Below, one piece after another: positions 54,701 to 64,000 of a stretch of 64,000 nt of DNA. A model generated the notes under the pieces. It worked only from the letters and a program-made list of their open reading frames with translations. It made no database searches and was not told where the DNA came from. The DNA is from Lama guanicoe. Its lineage: Eukaryota. The DNA is taken from contig MU054391.1 of assembly GCA_013239625.1 (NCBI GenBank), positions 5,477,824 to 5,541,823 on the forward strand, given 5' to 3'. Made by a program: the position numbers and the translations under genes. Every line of letters starts with the position of its first letter. The first letter of the stretch is position 1.

Positions 54701-57700
54701 CACGTGGGAAGTTAGGCTGCGTGGGGAGCACAGGGTTGTGTGTAGAGGTCTTGGCATCAGAGGCACCATCCGCTTCACCGCCCTCCTATTTTGGTGCCAG
54801 CACTGAGGCTCCCCTCTGTCCCACACCAAACAACTGCCCCTTTGATGGACACGGTCAGTCTTTAGCCATGTTAATACTTGAGGTGAGTTTTTTGCGGGCT
54901 GAGGTGCGGGGAGCCGCTCGTGACGGAGGGCTGCCGAGCACAAAACTTGGGCGTAAAACCCCAAAGTGCAGGGCGCCAGGCTCTGAGATTGAGGCTGCCG
55001 AGCACAAAGGATGGGCCTAAACTCCCACAGTGCGGGGCGCCCGGCTCAAAGGTCAATTGAGTTAGAACAATCTCTGTCCCGCCACCTCTTTTACTAAAGA
55101 ATGCACCAGGTGCGCCTATGCCTGAGAAAACATCTTTGAGCTATTAAGTCACAAAAGACCTTCGGAGGGAGAGATACAATTGGCACACAAATCAGTGATC
55201 CTTTTAGAGAACAATCACCTGAGTTGAATGTATCACCTGAGTTGAATGTATACGAGTCACGAGGTTAGGCTTTATTGCCTACGTGCAGGAATGTATGAGC
55301 TAATGGGTTAAAATCATATAAAAGAACCACCTGAAATAAACTCGTCGTCCACTCTTGACCTAGCGTCTTGCGGGCTAGAGTGAGACCCTCTCAACCCCAA
55401 CTTTTCTTGTCTTGCTGTCTTTTTGTTACGTCTTTCCTTTTCTCAGTCCTGCAGCACAGGTTTCTGGACCTGATCGATTGTCGGCTGGCTCCGACACTGA
55501 GGCCCTGAATGTCTGCTTCAGCCACGTGCACAGCCCGGAACTGATTTGATTCGGTGTTTTAATGTAACCTGATTTCCGAGTTTGAAAGTTATGGAGCCAC
55601 CTTACTGTAACTGCCCTTCTGCACTGCCTACGTGGATAGTCATAAATTTAAAATACGTAATTCTGTCCCAGAGTGACATCTTTAAGTTTTAGCTATTTTA
55701 AATAAGATGTTTGTATACTCATTATAAAAGCATTTTAACCATTCTGAAACCCACTTAAATGCTTTTAAAGTTTATTGATATTTTCATCAGGTTTTTTTTT
55801 AGCCTTATCTAAATATTTTTTTAACCAAAAATACTTGGTTTGAAGGAGTTAGAATAAACTCACCTTTTTTCAGTTTTTAAGAGTTTCTGCTGTTTGCTTT
55901 TAAAGATATGCCCTTGCCCACTGTCATTTATAAAAACCTAATTTACATTTTTTCTGGAAGGCAATTTTACTGAGCCTGGATGTTAAGGAAGGAATCTTTT
56001 AATTTCTTTCCTTTTCCCATCTTCATCTGAACTTAAATACCTGTTGTTAGCCAAGAATTCATGTAAAGTCCTTTCTTAATTTTCCAGTTTCTTTAGCCTT
56101 TTGAGTAACTTGGGTTAATTGATTATGTGTTATTCAATCCAGAGAAATTCAGATCCTCTTCCCCTTTCAGAAGGAAACTATAACAGTTCCAACCCTGGGC
56201 CTCACTAGCAGCTTTTTCCTGGTTCAGGGCCTTAAAATAATGATATTTAAAAAACAAAACAAAACTGTGATGGCCGCCGTTGTCGAGCTCATCGTATGTG
56301 CCTGACCACCACACTACTTTTCATCTTCGCATAACCGAGCAGGTTAGGTATTAGCGTTCACCTCTTACTGCTGGGGAGACTGAGGCTCAGAGAAACTGAG
56401 TAAATGGCTAAGGCCTCCCTGCCAGTCCTGGCGGGGAGATCCAGGCAGTCGCTGCTCTAACTGCAGGCGCTGCCCTGTCACGTTGCCCTGTCCCGGCCAC
56501 ACCGGGGCCTCAGCGAGGGGGCTGTTCTGCCTCTTGTTTTTTAAGTAAGTGCTGCAGTGACTTAACCACTGGGTGGATGTACGGCAGACTTGTCAAAATT
56601 TTATTTAGTCTTCCACTGTGAAGTATTGTAAGTGGCGTCTTTAAAATGGCCAGTCAGCTTTTTGTAATCATTAAACACTAAAAACACAAGAATCACACTT
56701 AGAAACATGTGGCTGAATTTGTTTTGTTCCGAAGATGCTGAGAGCTTTCCGAGTGGCATCAAAACAGCCTCCTGCCGCTGCCCTCCGGCATCCAGTGCTT
56801 GGCCTCAGGCCTGCAGTTACTCGTTGATGGCCTGGCCTCTCTGCTTAGTTGCTTACATGTAGGAATTTGAACCATACACCAAAGTTAACCACATCAATTT
56901 GTTAACCATAAATTGAACTCTGAGAATCATTATTTTTTTTTAATGGAGGTGCTGGGGATTGAACCCGGAACCTCGTGCATGCTAAGCATGCGCTCTACCA
57001 CTGAGCTATTCTCACCCCCTACCCCGGAAAAAATTTTTTTTAATGGGCAACTTGAAACGTCTATAAAATACACAAGGTCACAGCTGCTGAGTGTTGGAGC
57101 TGGGATACTAACCCAGGCAACCAGCTCACTTTCCATCTTTTTTTTTTCGGTTTACCATATAGTACTGTGAATCATACCTTTTTAAGAAGGAATAAAATGC
57201 CTGTTAACTGGTTTAAACTAAAACAAAATTAACGTATATTTCTAAAACTACTGGATCAAAACCACTGGGTGATAATGATAATGATGTGTTAATGGAGTTT
57301 ATCACCTGTAACAGATATACCCACTGGTGGGCAGGGTGGTTAGTAGGAGGTTGCGGGCAGGGAGTATGTGGGAAAACTGTACCTTCCACTCAACTTTGCT
57401 GTAAACCTAAAACTCCTCTTAAAAATAGTCTATAAAAAAGTCTCAGAAATATTGTATACACTTACCCCATTAGAGTTCCAGCCAAGTGACTTCCTAAGAT
57501 GCTTGGTTCAGACTAATACCTGTCTGCTATGAGCTCCATCTGCAGGACCCCGCTGCATGAAATGACGTGCTTGAGCTCGGCAGTCTGCAGACGGAGTCGT
57601 AGCCTCTTTGTTCATCTTTATTTATGACCTCTCTCATCTAGGAATGGGGTGGATTCACCTATATCCTGGAACAAGGAAGGAAGACTGGCGTGCTTCAACT

Positions 57701-60700
57701 GTGTTACTGCTCCAGTCTCATCAGAACGGAGCCTGGACAGCATCTGTGCCCTGTCAGAGCCCGGGGCACACACTGCGCCTGGGCTACGGGGGACAAGAAC
57801 AGTTCTTTGCCCACAATTCAGCTTTAAAATTTTTTCATTTCAGAAAGTGCGATGTTCTGAATCGTGGATTTTCAGGTTATAACACCAGATGGGCCAAAAT
57901 TATCCTCCCAAGACTAATCAGGAAAGGGACCAGTTTGGACACCCCAGTAGCAGTTACAATCTTCTTTGGTGCCAATGACAGTGCACTAAAAGGTAAAGGC
58001 ATTTTTGTTTTCTTAGTTCATTCTAAATTTTTTTATGTTACAGCAAACAAATTTATATGCTTTTTTCCAGCTGTTTACTTATCTCCCAGTAGGTAAAGTT
58101 TTGCCAAGTTTATGAGTTCCCTAGTTTACTTACATGTATTTTTTCTGGCTTTAATGTCAGTGAATTTTATTTCCCAGCTTATGTTCTACCTGCCTGGGTT
58201 GTTGATAGGCCTGAAATTTGAAACACTTTAATGTGTTTTAGAATCCATTAGTGCCAAGCTAAATTTCTAATGTTTCTTTCTCTGTAGTTGGTAGCAGAGG
58301 GCTTAAATGTACAACTTACAGTGTGACTCACACTAATGGAAAAAGAGTAGCTCTGGGCAGCAGCGCCGTGACCCGGCGCAGGCTTGACTCTTGGGCGACG
58401 GGAAGCAGGTGTTTTCGGGAAGAACTGCTGCCAAGGCTGGAGGCTAGGCTGGCCGAGCACAGGCCTCTCTTCCTTTCCTACTCGTGGAAGGAGATCCCTC
58501 TGCTCGGCATAAGGGAGGAGAGCAGTCAGCTTCCAGAGGTTTCTCCCGGACCCCCCCCCCCGCAACCAGGCTCCGCAGTGCAGGCACATACAGGGCCTCT
58601 CGGGTGAGGCTGGAGAGGAAGGGAGAGCTGCCAACTGTGACGCAGGAGCTCTCGCTGCCTGTGAGAGATGATACATCACTGCTGTTGGTTGAGTCTGTAA
58701 GGTATTTGGAAAAGTCAGATCTTCACCTAACATCTTATACCAAAAAAACTAAGAAAGAAAACTGCAAAAATTAGAAGTTTATTAAAAGGTAAATTTTATC
58801 AAATTTAGGACAAGGAGAAACACTTTCTAAGTACAAAAAAAATGGAGGAAGTTGCAAAGGAAAAAATAGATTTATGAAATAAAATAGTTTGTTTTTTAAT
58901 GTAGAAATCAGTGAGAAAAATACCCCAATAAAAAAAAACAGGCAAATGCAGGAACAGATCATTCACAACAGAAATTTAATAACCAGTACACGTTTGAAAA
59001 TGTGTAAAAACTTCTGTCATCCACAAAATGAAAATTAAAACAAGGAATTTGGGCTTTTTGATTCTCAAATCAGTAGTTTTAAGCAGTGATGCTTAACAGC
59101 TGACACGTGTGGAGCAGCCCCTTCCACTACTGGCGGGGAGACTTGCGATCCTTCTGCAAAGCTGCTTGACCACAAATGTCAAGAGGCTTCCACCGAAGGA
59201 GACGCTCAGCAGTGCACCAGGTGCCTGTGCAGAGGTTTCTATGAGCTGTTATTTCTAGTAGCAAAAGACCAGAATGCTGCACAGCAGGGAAGTGCACTAG
59301 TGGTGCTCGCCCTGCACCAGACACCACGTTTCTGAGGACTGTTTGCGGACAAAGAAATGCTTGTAATGTTATGTGGAAAGCAGCACAATATGGCCGTTTA
59401 TCTTCAGTGTGACCCCCCCCCTTTTTTTTAAAGTGTTCATATTTACATGGAAAAGACTGGAAAGAAATAGGTTTTTTCTGGGTGGTAGGATCACAAGGGC
59501 GTTTATTCTTTTCCTAAATTATACTAATGTGTAGTTTGCAAATGGCCTGCAGTCAGCCTTAGGATTCTCGCGTGCGAGCCCGTCTAGAAATAATCCTTTG
59601 CAGCTGAAGAGCTGTTGCCTAGTTTATGTGCTGAGAGCTTGCTCTGTGGCAGGCCCGATGCTCTAAGTGCCTCGCACACTTTGCTGATGTAACTGTCACA
59701 GCAACCCTCCAGGGCAGACCCTGTCATCGTCCTCATTTCACCAGCGAGGAAAAGATTGATCAGAAAGGTTGGTCATTTGTCCAGGGGCACGAGGCTGGTC
59801 GGTGACAAAGCCAGGCCGGTGGTAGCTGAGCCATCTCACTGTGCAGCCCAGGCTCTTTCCTTGCGAGTGTAAGCTGGTCGATTAACAACCATAGGACCAC
59901 TAGAGGAGAAAGACGAGAGCGCTTGCAAGGCCCCGAGCCAGGGCCTCTGAAGCCCGTTTTATGAAGCACCATGTACTTGAACTCTTCTGTCCTTGGTGCT
60001 GTACAGCCCCGGCCCCATCATGAGTTCTGCACACCTGCAGGTGCATTTATCTCCCTGTCGTCCACATAACAATCCTGCCCTCGGGCTGAAGCATCCACAT
60101 TCCTCCCAAACAGACGAGAACCCCAAGCAGCACGTCCCCCTGGAGGAGTACGTTGCGAACTTGAAGAGCATGGTGCAGTACCTGAAGTCCGTGGACGTGC
60201 CTGAGAGTAGGCTCGTCCTCATCACGCCGTCCCCGCTCTGCGAGGCCGCGTGGGAACAGGAGTGCCTCCAGCAAGGTGAGCAGGGCTCCTGGACGTGGGC
60301 CCCTTGGGTGGGCCCCCAGACGCTGGCCTCCAGCCTGTGCGCCTCTGGTTCTCAAGGGTGGGTGAATCCACATTCGTCGGCTTTCAGTTAACACAGTTAG
60401 AGGAGCACTCCCCTCATGTCCCACCTGAGAACTTTTGACAAAGAAAGGGGATTCTTGCGTGGGATGAGTCAGCCCCCTGGCCTGGGATTGGCTGCTTTGT
60501 ATTTGCCTGACTCCAAGGTGCACACGAAGCCACTGAGAATCAGGCTGAGCAGCCCAATGAACTGCAGCCCGCCCGGTGCTGAGGCTCGGGGTGTGCGCAC
60601 CCAGACACGGACGTCCGCACCGGGGCGTCTGCCTGACTTCCCAGCAGTGGGAGGTGCCCGCCGCTGGTCACTTTGCTCATTCTGTCTGGTTGTGGCGCTT

Positions 60701-63652
60701 TCTCCACTGCCTCGCCTCACCTGTGATCCTCCCTCCGCAATGGGGCCTCTCACCCCAGAGCAAAGGCTCCTCTGCAGGTCCCTGGCCCAGAGGCGCCCCA
60801 GTGCGAGGCTGCCACCATGTCCCTGTGGTTGAGCGACTGGAGGCAGTGCCTAGGCTCACCCGCGCCAGGCTTCTGCCTCGCTACCGTCGGCGTCACTTTT
60901 ATCCCCACAAACTGTTCATCTTTGCACCTGTACGTGCTCCACCAGGACCTGGCCGGGTGCTCAGGATGCAGAAGTGACTAGAACCCAGCTTACTGGGCTA
61001 GTGAGGGAGCAGGGCCAGCTGTCAGCAGACGTTTGAAGGATGCTGGCACAGAAAGAGGACGAAATGCCCTGCTGTTAGCTCCAGAGGGCAGATGGAGGAC
61101 CCCTCCCCAAGGGCGTCATCCAAGGCAACTTTAGGTCACAAGAGGGTTCCTCCCTGCATCAGGGGTCGCTGGTGAGGTAGTGTCATCGCAGGGACATTCA
61201 TGCGAAGCCTGGACGAGCAGAGGTGTGCCGGCCAGAACTCAGCACTACTCACGTGGCAGGTCACAGCCCACTTGTGGAGCATGAAGCCAAGTGAGTTATG
61301 TAACATTTTTTAAATGAACTGTAATAGACTAGAAAAATCCGTATCTGGCATGCAGTGGACATGTCTTGGGAGACTGTCACTCATGTAGATGTGTGTGTGA
61401 TGAGTCCTGGTGAGAGACGTTTTTTACTCTAGTTTCAGCCGGGTTTACAAGCCATCAGAGCACACATGTTCTCCTGGGGTCCACGGTTAGCAGGTAGCAT
61501 CACCTGGGGACTTGGTAGAAATGCAGATTCTTGGATTCTTCCCAGACCTACTGAAGCAGAGCCCCAGGGCGGAGCCCCATGCGTCCCCCAGGTCACCCTG
61601 CTGTACCTAAGGTTGAGAACCCCGCACTGCACTGGAGGTGGGTAAACTGTGCCCCACTGGCTACAGCAAATAGTTTTATTGGGCGACAGCCAGGCATATG
61701 GTCTGTGGCCACTTTTGAGCCTTGACAGCAGATTGACTAGTTACCTGCAAAGCCTGAAGTGTCTTGTCCAGCCCTACGCAGAGAAGGGTTGATGACCCCC
61801 AGGCTGGCCTGAGTGACCTCTGTGGTCCCTTCGGGCTCAACCCTTCCCTGGTTCAAAGTCTACAAGTGACTTTTCCACTCTATGGCGGTGGCTCCTCATT
61901 ACATATAAAAATTCAGGGGTCTCAGCCCAGCATCCCTCTCCAGAGAACCCCTCACAGCCACCAGCCCAACTCTGTTCGCCTCTGGCCTGCATTCTCACCA
62001 AGCACATTGGCTCCCCCCGTCCTTCCTATCTCTGCGTCCATTTGGTGTCCTCTAAATGCCCTCCGTGTTTCCCTCATCCCGTGGCCCCCGGCTCTGTGCT
62101 GGTTGGTAGAGCAGCACACTGGTGCCCTGTGAGGCCCGTCCTTGGGTCCCCAGCCCCGAGGTTGGCCCGCTTTGGTCCGTAAGCACACGCCTGATTCCTC
62201 GAACTGAGAAACCCTCTAGGTAGTAGAACTCACACAAAGCCCAGTACTTGGGTTTATCAGTTTTCACCTGCATTTTCTCTCCTCTCAATAGGTTGCAAAT
62301 TAAATCGCCTGAACATGGTTGTTGGTGAATATGCCAGGGCCTGCTTACAAGTAGCCCAAGACTGTGGGATTGACGCACTTGACCTGTGGACCCTGATGCA
62401 GAAGGACGGTCAGGTACAGTGGCTGGCTCGGTCCTGTCAGGGTGAGTAGGATCTCACAGAAGTGGCCCAGCTGTGTGCTGTCTGCCTGGAACGCTCTGAG
62501 TAGGTGAGATAGTTGCTCCTTTCACCAAATAGAACAGAAAAGTTGGGATGGAGCGGATGGAGGGGAGAGGCTCCAGGACAGCCTGCAGACCCGGCACCTT
62601 GCTTGGCCTGGCTCCTCACCCACACTTAGTGGTTGGCATCATATTCTAGGGGCCCCATAACAGGAACTGGCATGTTGTGAAATAAATAAGCAAGAAATGG
62701 TTCATATTTAAGAACATCCAGGCTAAGTTTCATATTATGGAGCCAGAGGAAAGTTAAATTCACTGCTTTGCCTGTTAACAAATTTTAAGTATGGTTTAGA
62801 AAAGTTACGCTGCTGAGGAAAGGAAATTGCAGAGAACTGGGCTAGTGACTCTCAGAAAGTCCTTTTAGCCTTAACATATCAAGGGTCTAGAACTGGGAAG
62901 GTCTCCCTTAATGATCATCTGATCTAAAACAGCAGAGATGAGAAAACTAAGGCCCGAGAGAAGACTGGTCTGTAGTCACGAGCTAGCTGGCGCCCAGGTT
63001 CCAACAGGGACGGGCACGCGCTAGTGGACGGAAAAGGTTCTTCCCCAAAGGAGGCAGGGCTCTAACAGCAGGTGCTCCTGGCATCAGGGCGTGGGAGGGA
63101 CTGGACTCTTGGCTGGATGGTACAAAATCTCTGCACCTGATAACGTGCCTGTTAACTTAATACCTAGACTAAGAGTCAAAAACAGTCTCACACACTGGGC
63201 CCTGAGCTCTTTGGACAATTTTTTTATGTTGATTAATGTACCGTATTCACTTGGTAAGCCTCTCCTGCCTTCTGATGACCTGGAAGGACGTTTCCGCTCA
63301 GGTACTTATTAATGGTGTGAGGTTTTACGAAGCCTCCACAAAGGGTGTGTGAGCGCTTACCCAGCTAACGCAGCCCCAGGAGACTGCTGGCCTGGGGCTG
63401 GTGACCTGCCGGCTGCGGCCACAGCTGGGAGCCCCGTGCACACCTTGACTGAGTTTTCTTCCCTTACAGGACTTTTCTTCCTATCTGTCAGATGGACTAC
63501 ATTTATCACCAAAAGGAAATGAGTTTTTGTTCACCCATCTTTGGCCACTGATAGAGAAGAGAGTCTCTTCCCTGCCTCTGCTGCTCCCTTACTGGCGAGA
63601 CGTGGCAGAAGCCAAACCGGAACTCAGCCTCCTGGGGGACGGAGACCATTAG
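51279..63652 (+). CDS. IAH1: Isoamyl acetate-hydrolyzing esterase 1 homolog (SGNH/GDSL hydrolase), 249 aa; whole CDS span
   Basis: join 51279-51359, 52788-52840, 57844-57992, 60114-60275, 62292-62413, 63470-63652 = 750 nt; SGNH blocks FGDSITQ, NRGFSG, FFGAND, DGLH intact. Confidence 0.97.
52788..52840 (+). CDS. IAH1: IAH1 exon 2
   Basis: [17 protein letters not shown](R). Confidence 0.93.
53877..53997 (+). mobile_element. tRNA-Ala-derived SINE inserted in a MIR
   Basis: GGGAAGGTATAGCTCAAGTGGTAAAGCACATGCTTAGCATGCATGAGGTCCTGGGTTCAATCCCCAG plus A tail; near-TSD AACAAGGTCA(T/C)ACA. Confidence 0.88.
54905..55496 (+). mobile_element. ERV solo LTR (class II/ERVK-like), 592 bp
   Basis: TG...CA termini (TGCGGGGAGCC...GGCTCCGACA); perfect 6-bp TSD CTGAGG at 54899-54904 and 55497-55502; TATAAAA at 55317, AATAAA at 55335. 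Confidence 0.88.
56931..57019 (-). mobile_element. tRNA-Ala(AGC)-derived SINE / retroposed tRNA copy
   Basis: Reverse complement ...ATAGCTCAGTGGTAGAGCGCATGCTTAGCATGCACGAGGTTCCGGGTTCAATCCCCAGCACCTCCA plus A tail. Confidence 0.85.
57290..57440 (+). mobile_element. Old L1 (L1MC-type) 3' end
   Basis: ggagtatgtgggaaaactgtaccttccactcaactttgctgtaaacctaaaactcctcttaaaaa. Confidence 0.7.
57844..57992 (+). CDS. IAH1: IAH1 exon 3
   Basis: [49 protein letters not shown]. Confidence 0.95.
60114..60275 (+). CDS. IAH1: IAH1 exon 4
   Basis: (D)[53 protein letters not shown]. Confidence 0.95.
61465..61800. mobile_element. MER5A-like and adjacent MER58-like hAT elements
   Basis: catcacctggggacttggtagaaatgcagattc...aggttgagaacc; then aaatagttttattggg...cagcc...cctgcaaagcctgaa...ttgatgacccc. 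Confidence 0.65.
62292..62413 (+). CDS. IAH1: IAH1 exon 5
   Basis: (G)[40 protein letters not shown]. Confidence 0.95.
63470..63652 (+). CDS. IAH1: IAH1 exon 6 (last coding)
   Basis: [60 protein letters not shown]. Confidence 0.95.
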   Translation, partial: DFSSYLSDGLHLSPKGNEFLFTHLWPLIEKRVSSLPLLLPYWRDVAEAKPELSLLGDGDH

Positions 63653-63805
63653 TCCCCGGAAACCAAGCCCGGCCGTTAACCTGCAGAACAGGACGTCGCC
63701 AGCACACAGAGGTCCCAAGAGAAGCAGTCAAAGTATTTTCTTCTCATGTTTAAACCTTTGCTCATGACCCTGGAACACAAATCACTAACATCTGCCACCA
63801 AGGTT

Positions 63806-63811
63806 AATAAA
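63806..63811 (+). terminator. IAH1 poly(A) signal AATAAA
   Basis: Canonical hexamer about 150 nt after the stop; GT-rich tract at about 63850. Confidence 0.75.
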
Positions 63812-63844
63812 AGCATTAGAAGTTTCAGGAAGGCTCTGTACCTA

Positions 63845-64000
63845 GGTGCGCTGTGTTTTGATAATATTTATTGATGGATGCAGGTGTTATCAGTGCCCCG
63901 GCGACACAATATACCCTGAGCAGCTTGTTGACTCTATAAATGGAAAAAAGGTAGACAGTTTTGTTTTCTTAAAAAGTCACAATTTTATAAAAAATGGTTT
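63845..64000 (-). other. ADAM17: Probable distal 3'UTR end of the convergent neighbour ADAM17
   Basis: Minus-strand AATAAA (TTTATT 63867-63872); ADAM17 lies tail-to-tail with IAH1 in other mammals; no ADAM17 coding sequence is visible. Confidence 0.45.

Noticed and set aside
54442..55020. 192-aa ORF
   Set aside because: Runs across the LTR insertion boundary (54905) and shows no gag/pol/env similarity; chance ORF
56945..57019. Apparent tRNA-Ala gene
   Set aside because: Acceptor stem disrupted at the 5' end, followed by an A tail, and sibling SINE copies are present; retroposed, not a tRNA gene
60047..60977. Cluster of 90-160 aa ORFs around IAH1 exon 4
   Set aside because: Only 60114-60275 matches IAH1; the rest are GC-rich intronic frames

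Overview
Eukaryotic (mammalian) genomic DNA, not a microbial accessory region. The window covers the conserved syntenic block ASAP2 (last two coding exons plus 3'UTR, +), ITGB1BP1/ICAP-1 (complete, -, 200 aa), CPSF3/CPSF73 (complete, +, 18 coding exons, 684 aa) and IAH1 (complete, +, 6 exons, 249 aa). What is probably the extreme 3' end of ADAM17 (-) enters at the right edge. I reconstructed all exons by hand from GT-AG sites, and they join into intact reading frames. ITGB1BP1 and CPSF3 share a CpG-island bidirectional promoter. The repeat content (tRNA-Ala-derived SINEs, artiodactyl-type L1 tails, no recognisable Alu/B1/Bov-A2/PRE-1) suggests a camelid (inference). I found no convincing undescribed multi-gene system. 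The best leads are two exact 'TSD-insert-TSD-insert-TSD' doubled retro-insertions (one of unidentified origin), a young ERVK-type solo LTR in sense inside IAH1, a frame-preserving candidate cassette exon in CPSF3 intron 15, a strong out-of-frame uATG over the ITGB1BP1 start, and an L1 that displaced a likely branch point. Repeat family names are from memory, and boundaries of old repeats are approximate.
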